Source: a virus (taxonomy: Duplodnaviria; Caudoviricetes). Taken from it: a stretch of 41,470 nucleotides of DNA. Under the pieces are notes generated by a model. The model did no database searches. It was not told where the DNA came from and saw only the letters and a list, made by a program, of their open reading frames with translations. The stretch spans positions 1 to 41,470 of the IMG/VR virus record IMGVR_UViG_3300025875_000644. One strand, given 5' to 3'. Below are positions 33,078-41,470 of this stretch, piece after piece. Position numbers and translations under genes: made by a program. Each line of letters opens with the position of its first letter. Position 1 is the stretch's first letter.

Positions 33078-34068
33078 GTCCGCGATCGCCACCCTGGCGT
33101 CTCGGCAGGCCGCGGCGCAGGCAGCGGTCACCGAGCAGGCGCTCACGCTCCTGGAGGTGCTGTGGGGCGCGCTGCGGGACCCGGCGGCCACCGACCAGCT
33201 GCCGATCTTCAGCGCGCAGGCCGCGGCGCTGTTGCGGTCGGCGCAGCTCGCCTCCGGTCAGGTGACCGAGTCCTACCTCCGGCAGGTCCTTGAGCAGCTC
33301 GGCGTCGACGACCTCCCTGGTGGCCAGCTGGTGCAGCTGCCGGACTCGCTCCGGCAGGGCGTGCCCATCGACGAGGTCCTGCTCCGTCCGGCCGCGACCG
33401 TGCGCTACCTGCGCTCTCTGGGGACCCCACCCGACGCCGCTGAGGCCGCTGGCCGGGCACGGCTCCGCGGCATCGCGGAGACCGACCTGGAGCTCGCCGT
33501 CCGGCAGGGCGCCGTGGACATCTTCTCCAGGTCGAAGCAGATCCGCGGCTACCGACGGGTCCTCCGCCCGTACCTGTCCAAGGGCGGGTCGTGTGGGCTG
33601 TGCATCGCCGCCGCGGACCGGATCTACGGGCGCAGCTCGCTGATGCCCATCCACAACAAGTGCAAGTGCTCGGTCCTGCCGATCGTCGGCTCCCAGGACC
33701 CCGGTGTGCAGCTGAACACCGACGACCTTGCCGAGCTCTACTCCGACGCCGGGGGCACCTCCGCCGCGAAGCTGAAGCGCACCCGCTACCGGATCGAGCA
33801 GCACGGTGAACTCGGCCCGCTCCTCGTCCGCCAGGGCCGAGCCTTCCGCAGCGCCGACGACGTCGCCGATGACCTGAAGAGCCGGCGGGTCCGCCGAACT
33901 GCTGAGCGCGCCGACGAGCAGGCCACCTCGCTGCGCCGGCAGCTGGCCACCTACGAGGCGACCATCCCGGACCTGGAGCGGCGTGCCCGGGCGGGCGAAG
34001 ACGTCTCTGCGCCGCTGACCTGGCAGCGCGCCCGTGTCGCCGAGCTCCAGCGCCAGCTGGCGGCGTAG
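33055..34068 (+). CDS. Minor capsid / MuF-like head maturation protein
   Basis: GYRRVL....SKGGSCGLCIAAADRIY....LMPIHNKCKC.V.PI. Confidence 0.8.
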   Translation: MTQPRPAESAIATLASRQAAAQAAVTEQALTLLEVLWGALRDPAATDQLPIFSAQAAALLRSAQLASGQVTESYLRQVLEQLGVDDLPGGQLVQLPDSLRQGVPIDEVLLRPAATVRYLRSLGTPPDAAEAAGRARLRGIAETDLELAVRQGAVDIFSRSKQIRGYRRVLRPYLSKGGSCGLCIAAADRIYGRSSLMPIHNKCKCSVLPIVGSQDPGVQLNTDDLAELYSDAGGTSAAKLKRTRYRIEQHGELGPLLVRQGRAFRSADDVADDLKSRRVRRTAERADEQATSLRRQLATYEATIPDLERRARAGEDVSAPLTWQRARVAELQRQLAA

Positions 34069-34146
34069 CACCACCACGAGCTGGCCGGCCGCTCTGGTCG
34101 GTCTGCGCCCCTCACGGGCGCCCATCCCCCGATCTGGGAGACGCAC

Positions 34147-34893
34147 ATGCACCTCAACACCCTCGCCCGCCACCCGCGCACCGGCCAGGCGATCACCCCG
34201 CTGGGGTACCGGCGCAACGGCAAGCCGATCTGGCCGATCCTCGGTGGTTCCGAGCCGCCGACCCCGCCCACGCCGCCGACTCCGACGCCCCCGACCCCCG
34301 CGCCCTCGCCCCCGGCCCCGGCCCCGGCCCCGAACGGGAACGCCACCGACGCCCAGGGCAACGACCTCGGCTTCCCGGCCAACACCGCGGTCGCCGAGAT
34401 GACCGACGGGCAGGCGGCTGCGTACTGGCGCAACCAGTCGAAGGTCCAGCAGTCCCGCGTGCCCGCCGATCTCGCCGAGCTTCAGCGGAAGGCCACCGAG
34501 TACGACCAGCTGCAGGCCGCTCAGCGCACCGACGCGGAGAAGGCCGCCGACGAGGCCCGTGACGCCGGCCGCACCGAGGGCCGCACCCAGATCGCGCAGG
34601 AGGCCGCGACGGAGTTCCTCCGCGCGCAGCTGTCCGCCGGCCGCACCGAGGAGCAGGTCACCACCCTGATGCGCGGAGTCACCGCGGCGGGCTTCGTCGG
34701 CCAGGACGCCAAGGTCGACTACTCGGGGATCCGCGCCTTCGCGGCCACGCTCGGTGGCCCCGCGGGTGCCGGTGACCCCGACCTCGGGAACGGACGCCGC
34801 GGCGGCACGGGCAAGCCCTCCGTCGCCGGTGGCCGCTCCCTCTTCGCCGACCGGCACCCCGTGAAGGGCGCCGGCAACACCAGCGCCAGCTGA
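34147..34893 (+). CDS. Head scaffolding protein
   Basis: Pro-rich linker, GFPANT.VAEMT..Q.AAYW, coiled coil with TDAEKA. Confidence 0.85.
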   Translation: MHLNTLARHPRTGQAITPLGYRRNGKPIWPILGGSEPPTPPTPPTPTPPTPAPSPPAPAPAPNGNATDAQGNDLGFPANTAVAEMTDGQAAAYWRNQSKVQQSRVPADLAELQRKATEYDQLQAAQRTDAEKAADEARDAGRTEGRTQIAQEAATEFLRAQLSAGRTEEQVTTLMRGVTAAGFVGQDAKVDYSGIRAFAATLGGPAGAGDPDLGNGRRGGTGKPSVAGGRSLFADRHPVKGAGNTSAS

Positions 34894-34984
34894 GCCCGCT
34901 CCGAGCTCACGCCAGCACCGCGGAACCGCTCCGGGCCGCGACCCACCCGCTCGACTCCATCCCTCCTCACAGAGAGGTTCCGCC

Positions 34985-35389
34985 ATGCCCAAGCTCCGCA
35001 CGGAGAGCTTCACCGGCGCGGGCGACTTCCGGTGGCTGCGGTCCGACCACAGCATCTGGAACGGCCGCACCGAGTCCCTCCACGTCTCCGCGTTCACCAA
35101 GGAGACGCACTACCCGAACGGCTACATCCCGTCCGGGACGCCCTGCGCGCTCGTCGGGGGGCAGCTGGTCCCCTACGACTCCACCGAGGCGACCACCACC
35201 GGCGCCGGTGTGCTCGCCGGTCACCTGTTCACCGACCAGCCGGTCGTCCCCGGCTCGACGGAGGACCTGAACGTCCCGCTGCTCGACCACGGCCGGGTCC
35301 GCCCCGACCGCGTGCCGGTCGGCGTCCAAGCCTTCGTCGCGCCAGTGGCGTACGCGAAGCGCTCCAACGTCACCGTCGTCTACCGCTGA
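34985..35389 (+). CDS. Head decoration protein
   Basis: RWLRSDH, HYPNGYIPSG, PYD, GHL; lies between scaffold and capsid genes. Confidence 0.8.
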   Translation: MPKLRTESFTGAGDFRWLRSDHSIWNGRTESLHVSAFTKETHYPNGYIPSGTPCALVGGQLVPYDSTEATTTGAGVLAGHLFTDQPVVPGSTEDLNVPLLDHGRVRPDRVPVGVQAFVAPVAYAKRSNVTVVYR

Positions 35390-35406
35390 GAGGGGTCTGA
35401 GACGTC

Positions 35407-36462
35407 ATGCTCTGGACCGATCTGATCGACCCCGCGACCCTCACCGGGTACGCGCGGGAGTCCCTGGCCGCCTACGAGGCGCGGCAGGGCACGCTGGCCC
35501 GCTGGCTGCCCAACCGCTTCGTCGAGGACATCGTCGTGCGGTTCATCAAGGGCCGCACCGGGCTGGTCGACGTCGCGCGGTTCCGCGCGTACGACGCCGA
35601 GCTCGAGCCGGGTCGCCGCCAGCAGGCGAACCGGGTCACGATGGAGCTGCCCGCCCTCGGGCAGTGGATGCCGAACACCGAGTACGAGCAGCTCCGCGGT
35701 CGCGGTGGCTCGGTGTCCGATGCGCAGACGCTGAACACGATCCTGGCGACCACGGACCTCCTGGTCCGGTCGGTGGCCGACGCGATGGAGCGGCTGCGCG
35801 GCATCACGGTGAACACCGGCATCGCCGCCATCACCCAGGACAACTACCGGATGGCCGACGACTTCGGCCGCTCGGCGGGGCTGACCTTCACCGCGCCGGC
35901 CCTGTGGTCGGCGACCGGCACGGACCGGCTCGCGCAGTTCCAGACGTGGAACGACCTGTACCGCGACGGGGACGGCTCCACCGTGCCCGGCGCCGGCCAG
36001 GACGTCGGCTGCTGGTTGATGTCCACCCGGGCGTTCCGGGCCCTCACCTCGGGCAGCCAGTTCGCCACTGTGCTCGCCGGCGGTGGGTCCCGCATGGCCA
36101 ACGCCGACGAGGTGCGCAACACGCTGCAGTCCTACGGCGTCGCCCCGATCGTGCTGTCCAACCGGCGCGTGCAGGTCGACGGCGTCGTCACCAAGGTGCT
36201 GCCCGACGACCGGATCTTCGGTCTGCCGGCGCCGGTCGGCACTGACGACTTCGCCGCCACCGAGCTCGGTGCCACGTTCTGGGGTCGCACGCTGTCCTCG
36301 CTCGAGGCCGGCTGGGGCATCGAGGACGGGGAGCAGCCCGGCATCGTCACCGGCGTCTACAAGAACGAGAAGCCGCCGATGGGCCTGGAGATCTTCGCTG
36401 ACGCCATCGGCGAGCCCGTCCTGGCCAACGGTGACCTGTCCATGTCCGTGAAGGTGCTCTGA
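35407..36462 (+). CDS. Major capsid protein (lambda gpE-like)
   Basis: LTGYARE, LARWLPN, ARFRAYDAE, ELPALG, EYEQLR, LGATFWG, PGIV. Confidence 0.9.
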   Translation: MLWTDLIDPATLTGYARESLAAYEARQGTLARWLPNRFVEDIVVRFIKGRTGLVDVARFRAYDAELEPGRRQQANRVTMELPALGQWMPNTEYEQLRGRGGSVSDAQTLNTILATTDLLVRSVADAMERLRGITVNTGIAAITQDNYRMADDFGRSAGLTFTAPALWSATGTDRLAQFQTWNDLYRDGDGSTVPGAGQDVGCWLMSTRAFRALTSGSQFATVLAGGGSRMANADEVRNTLQSYGVAPIVLSNRRVQVDGVVTKVLPDDRIFGLPAPVGTDDFAATELGATFWGRTLSSLEAGWGIEDGEQPGIVTGVYKNEKPPMGLEIFADAIGEPVLANGDLSMSVKVL

Positions 36463-36464
36463 CG

Positions 36465-36803
36465 ATGGCGACCGTCACCGACAACACCTGGGTCGTGGAT
36501 CCGACCGACAGCACGCCGAAGCTGCTGCTCGCTGGGGCCGACGTGCCGACGTGGGCGAAGGACCAGATCGGCGCCCACCTGCTCGAGGGCGGCGCGGACG
36601 CCGAGCCGACGCCCTACGGCGAGCAGAAGTTCGCGGACCTCAAGGCGGAGATCGCCCGCCGGAACGAGGGCCGCGAGGACGCGGACAAGATCAACCCGGA
36701 GGGGGCCGCGTCGCTCAAGTCGTACGCGGCCGCCCTGGAAGCCGACGACGCCCTCCAGGCCGCCGCCGGTGACAGCGACTCGGGCTCCGGCTCCGGGTCC
36801 TGA
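36465..36803 (+). CDS. Small virion-associated protein
   Basis: After the capsid gene; G..VP.WA..I and DLKAEIARRN..ALEADD. Confidence 0.7.
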   Translation: MATVTDNTWVVDPTDSTPKLLLAGADVPTWAKDQIGAHLLEGGADAEPTPYGEQKFADLKAEIARRNEGREDADKINPEGAASLKSYAAALEADDALQAAAGDSDSGSGSGS

Positions 36804-36820
36804 TGGACGGGGGGACGCCA

Positions 36821-37270
36821 GTGGCCGACTACGCCACACACCAGGACGTCGCCGACCGCTGGCGTCCCCTCACCACCGACGAGCAGAAGCTGGTCACCAC
36901 GCACATCGGTGACGCCGCCGCTCTGCTCCGCCGGAACCTGCCCGACCTCGACGACCGCATCGCCGCCGACGACGACGCCGCCACCGCGGCTGGCCGGGGT
37001 CCGACCGGCGACCTCGCCCGGTCGGCCACGGCCAAGGTCGCCGGCGTCGTGCGGCGGTACATGGAGAACCCGCAGGGTGCCAAGCAGCTGCAGGAGACGA
37101 TCGGTCCGCGCAGCTACGGGATGACGCTGCCCGACGGCTCAGCGACCGGCGTGTTCTTCACCGAGGCCGAGCTGAAGGAGCTGCAGCCCAGCACCAGCCA
37201 GCCCACCGGCAACGGCATGCTGTTCGGCACCGTCCGGGTGGGCATCCGGCGCGGCTGGGGCCCGTGGTGA
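36821..37270 (+). CDS. Head-to-tail adaptor (Gp19/Gp15/Gp42-like)
   Basis: YATHQDVADRWRPLT, DA..LLR, V.RY..NP.G...ETIGP.SY, F.T.AEL..L; ATG 36803 is an alternative start. Confidence 0.85.
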   Translation: MADYATHQDVADRWRPLTTDEQKLVTTHIGDAAALLRRNLPDLDDRIAADDDAATAAGRGPTGDLARSATAKVAGVVRRYMENPQGAKQLQETIGPRSYGMTLPDGSATGVFFTEAELKELQPSTSQPTGNGMLFGTVRVGIRRGWGPW

Positions 37271-37629
37271 GCCACGCCTTCGCCCAGAAGGTGGAGCTGC
37301 TCAACCCCGGCCCCCGCGTTCGGGACGCCGACGACACCACCTGGCTGCCGGGCCGTGACGTGCCGTCCGAGAGCCGCGCAGACCTGTGGCAGCTCAACAC
37401 CCAGCAGCTGGTCCTCGACACCGACGGGACGGTGCTCGCCGACTGGGAAGGGATCTTCCCGCCCGGCGAACCGGTCACCTCCGCCACCACCGTGCGCAAC
37501 GTCGACTCTGGGGTCCGGTTCCGCGTCCACGGACAACCCGAGCTGCGCCGATCGCTGCTCACCAGCCAGCCGGACCACATCGGTGCCCGGCTGAAGTTCA
37601 TCTCCGACCAGCAGGGAGCCTCATCGTGA
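37264..37629 (+). CDS. Head-to-tail stopper
   Basis: Position and size; F.VHGQP..H....L. Confidence 0.65.
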   Translation: MVSHAFAQKVELLNPGPRVRDADDTTWLPGRDVPSESRADLWQLNTQQLVLDTDGTVLADWEGIFPPGEPVTSATTVRNVDSGVRFRVHGQPELRRSLLTSQPDHIGARLKFISDQQGASS

Positions 37630-38093
37630 CCAGTCCCACCACCGCCGCGGCCGACACCAGCACGGTGCTCGGCCAGCAGCCCGCCACCGACGCCCCCGCC
37701 GCGGACCCGGCGGTCACCAGCAGCGTGCTCGGCCAGCAGCCGGCGGCCACGACCGCGGACGGCGGCAACGATGTGGCCGGCGAGCCGTCGGTGCCGCCGG
37801 TCGAGGAGCCGGTGGCCGAGACCGTCGGCGTCTTCTACGACGAGGACGGCCGCGAGCACTACGCGTCGCCGTACTCGAAGGGCACGCGGGACAAGCTGGT
37901 CGACGGGACCTGGTCGAAGACGCGGCCGGAGCCGGCGGAGCTGTTCGACCCCACCAAGCACCACGTCGGGGAGGTGCTGACCTACCTGGCCGAGCACGCC
38001 GACGACGGCAACGAGGTCGCCCGTGTGCAGGCGGTCGAAGCTCAGGGTGGCCGTGGCCGGGTCACGATCCGGGACTGGACGCCGGAGCAGTGA
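37626..38093 (+). CDS. Hypothetical virion protein with an internal 60-nt-period repeat
   Basis: TSTVLGQQPAT / TSSVLGQQPAA; C-terminal FDP..H.V.EV..YL...E..RV...E..GRGR. Confidence 0.7.
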   Translation: MTSPTTAAADTSTVLGQQPATDAPAADPAVTSSVLGQQPAATTADGGNDVAGEPSVPPVEEPVAETVGVFYDEDGREHYASPYSKGTRDKLVDGTWSKTRPEPAELFDPTKHHVGEVLTYLAEHADDGNEVARVQAVEAQGGRGRVTIRDWTPEQ

Positions 38094-38362
38094 CCGCCGG
38101 CGCCGTCCCGGTGCCGGTGTTCCTGGAGGTCGTCGACAGCACGGCCACCCAGGGCGGCGAGGGGCTGATGCCCGACCAGGTGCTGCTCAACGGCGTGCCG
38201 CTCGCGATCGCACCGGGGCAGCCGATCCTGATCGACGAGATCGTGGTGAAGCCGGGGCAGCTGGTCACCGCGACGCTGACGCTGGTCGTCTCCGCGCTCA
38301 TCATCCGCCCGGCCGAGCAGGCGGAGCCGCCGAGGAGGACGTCACGGCGACCACTGCTGTAG
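38090..38362 (+). CDS. Hypothetical protein
   Basis: GTGA-coupled; PDQVLLNGVPL..VTATLTL. Confidence 0.6.
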   Translation: MTAGAVPVPVFLEVVDSTATQGGEGLMPDQVLLNGVPLAIAPGQPILIDEIVVKPGQLVTATLTLVVSALIIRPAEQAEPPRRTSRRPLL

Positions 38363-38652
38363 TCACCGTCTACCCGGCCGTCTTGGTCGCCCAGGCGCGG
38401 CACCTCTCGACCCCCGACCGGGTCGAGGTCGCTCACGACATCGTCGGGGTGCACCGCGACACCGCTCCGGTGGTGTCTGGCGCGTACCGAGATGGTCCGA
38501 CGGTCGTCGTGTCCGGTGATGACGTGTCGGTGGTGCAGCGAGACCCGGACGCCATCTACAAGGAGTACGGCACCGAGGACACCCCGGTGCACGCCACGCT
38601 GACCAACGCCTCCCGCCAGTTCGGTCGCTACACCGGCTGGTCTGCGCGGTGA
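38344..38652 (+). CDS. HK97 gp10-like neck/tail completion protein; apparent start codon is ACG
   Basis: APVVSGAYRD..A.YKEYGT.DTP; GAGGAGG followed by ACGTC then ACG. Confidence 0.7.
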   Translation, partial: TATTAVVTVYPAVLVAQARHLSTPDRVEVAHDIVGVHRDTAPVVSGAYRDGPTVVVSGDDVSVVQRDPDAIYKEYGTEDTPVHATLTNASRQFGRYTGWSAR

Positions 38653-39116
38653 GCGGCCCCCTGCCGGTTGTGCTGGCCGAGCCGCCGCCCGCGGTGCTGA
38701 TCGTGCAGAGCGCGCTGTACTCCTGGCCGCAGCTGGTCGCCCGGCTGGGCGGCGACTCGGACCGGATCGGCCTACGGAAGCCAGCCGAGGTCACCGAGCC
38801 GTGGCTGGTGATCCGCTCGGCTGGCGGCTACGGAATCTCGGCCGCACACGGCGCATGGTCGCGGCTGGTGCAGGTCGAGGCCTGCGCCACCGTGCCGGTC
38901 AACGGGGAGCTCCCTGAGCTGTTCACCGAGCGGATCGCGGCCTCGATCGCCACGTACTTCGAGACGGTCGGCGGCGGCCTGTACCGAGGCACGACGTCGT
39001 GGCGGGCCCACCACCTGGACGGGCCGACCGACCTGACCGACACCTCCCGGGGCGCTGACGCCCCGGTCTTCAAGCACGCCGTCCGCCTGGACGTGCGTCT
39101 GCACGCCGCCGTATGA
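38649..39116 (+). CDS. Tail terminator
   Basis: Precedes the major tail gene; PWLVI....G, VQVEA. Confidence 0.7.
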   Translation: MSGPLPVVLAEPPPAVLIVQSALYSWPQLVARLGGDSDRIGLRKPAEVTEPWLVIRSAGGYGISAAHGAWSRLVQVEACATVPVNGELPELFTERIAASIATYFETVGGGLYRGTTSWRAHHLDGPTDLTDTSRGADAPVFKHAVRLDVRLHAAV

Positions 39117-39144
39117 CCCGGCACATCCTGAGGAGAGGTACCCC

Positions 39145-39705
39145 ATGCAGCAGAACTCGGCCAAGTCCCGGCTGTGGGTGGACGGCGACGCCTTCCGCGC
39201 ACCGGTCGGCACCCCCCTGCCCACCACCGGGCTGTTCACCGCCACCAGCTTCACCGGCTGGGACTGCTACGGCGCGATCAAGGCCGGCTTCGAGGTGGCC
39301 ACCGCGCAGGAGTCCTCCAAGCTGGGGGTCTGGGGCAACGGGTCGTACCGGCAGAAGAAGGACGACCCGATCACCTCGGCGACGCTGCGCCCGGTGGAGG
39401 ACACGAAGGCCTCGATCCTGACGTTCCTGCAGGGCGGCAGCATCGTGGAGACCGCGGCCGGGTCGGGGGTGTGGGAGTGGGTCACCGGCGACGACGAGGA
39501 GTTCGCGCTGCTGCTGATCGCCCGGGACCCCGGGCACGGGTCGAAGGCCTACCTGGGTGAACGGACCACGCTGGACAAGGTGCCCGGTGAGGTCATCAAC
39601 GACACCGACCTCAACGGCTACGACCTGTCGTGCTCGTTCCTGAGCCCGGTCAACGGCGGCCTGCCCCTGCGGCGCTTCACCGACTCCAACCCGCTCGCCG
39701 CCTGA
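39145..39705 (+). CDS. Major tail protein
   Basis: GAGGAGAGG RBS; LW.DGDAFRAPVGT..P, W..YG.I..GF. Confidence 0.8.
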   Translation: MQQNSAKSRLWVDGDAFRAPVGTPLPTTGLFTATSFTGWDCYGAIKAGFEVATAQESSKLGVWGNGSYRQKKDDPITSATLRPVEDTKASILTFLQGGSIVETAAGSGVWEWVTGDDEEFALLLIARDPGHGSKAYLGERTTLDKVPGEVINDTDLNGYDLSCSFLSPVNGGLPLRRFTDSNPLAA

Positions 39706-40166
39706 TGGCCGCGGGCGCCCCGGCGGGGAAGAAGTCGCCGGCCAAACGCCCGGCGAAGAAAGCTGCTGCCCGACCGGCTGCCGCGCCGGCCGAGCAGCAG
39801 CCCGCACCAGCACCGGCGGCCACCGAGGCCCCGGTGGTGGAGCCGCTGAACCGGTGGCTGCACGGGCTGGTCGACACCCCGCGCCGCATCGAGGCGTTCG
39901 ACCGGTGGTGGGAGTTCAAGCAGCCCACCGGTGGCCGCGCTGACGCCTGGGACGTGCTGGTGGCCTCGCCGGGCGGGGTCGAGGCGGCGCTGGCCTCGAT
40001 GATGTTCGACGCCACGCCGTTCGACGAGCAGTCGGCGCCGGGCACCGCCCGGGCGCGGGAGTTCCTCCAGCTCGCGCACCACTGGGTGCCCCCGGCGGCG
40101 TTCGCGGAGTTCTGGACGCGGTTCGAGACGGCGGTGTTCGACCCGGGGGGAGCTTCGGCGTCCTGA
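39705..40166 (+). CDS. Tail assembly chaperone (gpG-like)
   Basis: Between major tail and tape measure genes; ends FDPGGASAS with a slippery site. Confidence 0.8.
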   Translation: MAAGAPAGKKSPAKRPAKKAAARPAAAPAEQQPAPAPAATEAPVVEPLNRWLHGLVDTPRRIEAFDRWWEFKQPTGGRADAWDVLVASPGGVEAALASMMFDATPFDEQSAPGTARAREFLQLAHHWVPPAAFAEFWTRFETAVFDPGGASAS

Positions 40167-40645
40167 GCGGCCTGCGGGCCGATCAGGACGCCTGGCTCAC
40201 CATCTGGGCCGACCTCCAGCAGCACCACCAGCTGAACCTGTACTGGGCGTGGGAGCACCTGCCTTGCGAGCACCTGTGGGCGCTGATCCGCACGCTGCCG
40301 GAGTCCTCGGCGTTCCACCGCCTCGCCGGCACCAGTAGTCGGCTGGAGGAGAACGTCGCGACCCTCCTGGACTTCCTGATCGACCTGCGGGTCACCGGCT
40401 GGCGGCAGGACACGTTCTCCCCTGAGCGGTTCGCCGAGCACGCCGAACTGCAGCGCGCCGCCGAGCGGGCCACCACGCCGCCGCCGGCGATGCCCCCGGT
40501 CGTCCCGGTAGCTCTCCGCCCGCAGCACCAGCTGCCCCTCACCGCAGCCCTCACCGCCGTCCCGGAGCCGGTCGTGGACGACGTGGAGGGCCCGGCGGCG
40601 CGCGCCCAGCTCGATGACCTCTTCGAGGACGAGCCCATCCCCTGA
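40145..40645 (+). CDS. Tail assembly chaperone extension (gpT-like), reached by a -1 frameshift at G GGG GGA (40145-40151)
   Basis: The -1 frame reads GSFGVLSGLRADQDAWLTIWADLQQHHQLNL..LWALIRTLPESSAF to TGA 40643-40645; absent from the ORF track. Confidence 0.85.
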   Translation, partial: GGSFGVLSGLRADQDAWLTIWADLQQHHQLNLYWAWEHLPCEHLWALIRTLPESSAFHRLAGTSSRLEENVATLLDFLIDLRVTGWRQDTFSPERFAEHAELQRAAERATTPPPAMPPVVPVALRPQHQLPLTAALTAVPEPVVDDVEGPAARAQLDDLFEDEPIP

Positions 40646-40663
40646 CGTGAGGAGGTCGCCGTC

Positions 40664-41470
40664 GTGTCCAGCCCCGGTGGCCGCATCGAGATCAGGGTCG
40701 ACCCGGACCTGCGTGGGTTCGCGGGGAAGACGGCGACGGGGCTGTCGGAGGCGGCGAAGACCGGGGTCGCGGCGTTCGCCTCCGCGGCGAAGGTGGCGCT
40801 GGTCGGTGCGGCGGTGGGGATCTCGGCTGCGGCGATCGTCGCGACGAAGTCCACGCTGGACATCGGCATCGCCTACCAGGACCAGATGAACACCCTGCAG
40901 GCGGTCTCGGGGGCGACCGACGCGCAGATGAAGGCGGTCGGGGCGACCGCGAAGACCCTCGGGTCGGACCTGACGCTGCCGGCGACGTCGGCGAAGGACG
41001 CCGCCGCGGTGATGACGGAGCTGGCGAAGGCCAGCTTCTCCGTCGCCGACGCGCAGGCCGCCGCGAAGGGCTCGCTGCAGCTGGCCGCCGCTGCGCAGAT
41101 CGACGGGGCCCGCGCGGCGGAGATCCAGGCCAACGCGATCAACGCGTTCTCACTGAACGCCACCGACGCGACCAGGGTCGCCGACGTGCTGGCCAACGCG
41201 GCGAACGCGTCCTCGGCGGAGATCACCGATGTCGCCGACGCCCTGCAGCAGGCCTCCGCGGTCGCGGCGAGCGCCGGGATCTCCATCGAGGACACCGCCG
41301 CCGCCCTGGGCATCCTGGCCAACAACGGGATCAAGGGCTCCGACGCCGGCACGCTGCTGAAGTCCGCGCTGCTCGCGCTGCAGTCCCCGTCGATCCCGGC
41401 GTCGAAGGCGATGCGGCAGCTGGGCCTGGACGCCTACGACTCGACGGGAAAGTTCGTCGGCCTGAAGTCG
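40664..41470 (+). CDS. Tape measure protein (TP901-type core), truncated by the window end
   Basis: GAGGAGG RBS, GTG; SSPGGRIEIRVDPDLRGF..SAKDAAAVMTELAKA..GIKGSDAGTLLKSALLAL. Confidence 0.93.
   Translation, partial: MSSPGGRIEIRVDPDLRGFAGKTATGLSEAAKTGVAAFASAAKVALVGAAVGISAAAIVATKSTLDIGIAYQDQMNTLQAVSGATDAQMKAVGATAKTLGSDLTLPATSAKDAAAVMTELAKASFSVADAQAAAKGSLQLAAAAQIDGARAAEIQANAINAFSLNATDATRVADVLANAANASSAEITDVADALQQASAVAASAGISIEDTAAALGILANNGIKGSDAGTLLKSALLALQSPSIPASKAMRQLGLDAYDSTGKFVGLKS

Larger units (their letters stand above)
3815..41470. mobile_element. Temperate siphovirus prophage integrated in comM (continues past the window end)
   Basis: Integrase, immunity, recombination, replication, packaging, head and tail modules in canonical order. 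Confidence 0.97.

Noticed and set aside
29448-33191. 1247 aa minus-strand ORF and similar long antisense ORFs (6829-8880, 22258-24078, 32674-35100)
   Set aside because: Antisense shadows of well-supported phage genes, with no protein-like composition or promoter signature, unlike the four accepted antisense genes
34255-34332. C-rich quasi-repeats
   Set aside because: They encode the Pro-Thr/Pro-Ala linker of the scaffold protein

Overview
High-GC actinobacterial chromosome (gene content suggests a Geodermatophilaceae-like host; this is inference). Bases 1-3820 are host genes on the minus strand: whiG/fliA-type sigma factor, xerC, dprA and the 3' part of comM/yifB. From about 3815 to beyond the window end lies a temperate siphovirus prophage inserted in comM by a large serine integrase. 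The prophage carries int-immA-immR/cro, a roughly 22 kb translationally coupled early/replication operon (TetR, DUF2303, RecE/AAA/RecT-like, RusA, DUF4326, Gp37Gp68, DUF1643, ASCH, Rep, frameshifted helicase), an HNH nuclease, a probable cos region, a RyR-domain gene, terminases, portal, head and tail genes, a -1 frameshifted tail chaperone and the start of the tape measure gene. The most unusual signal is four small antisense genes nested in the early operon. Three have a clear -10-like hexamer 7 nt before the start (leaderless). Each is spanned by a sense-strand 'bridge' ORF whose start and stop overlap the stop and start codons of the neighbouring reading frames. Other highlights: the att junction supplies an in-frame start for the comM remnant, gene junctions share repeated sequences, there are phased operator motifs and heptamer iterons in rep, and several single-base lesions suggest decay or sequencing error. 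All product calls come from motif recognition; no database searches were run.
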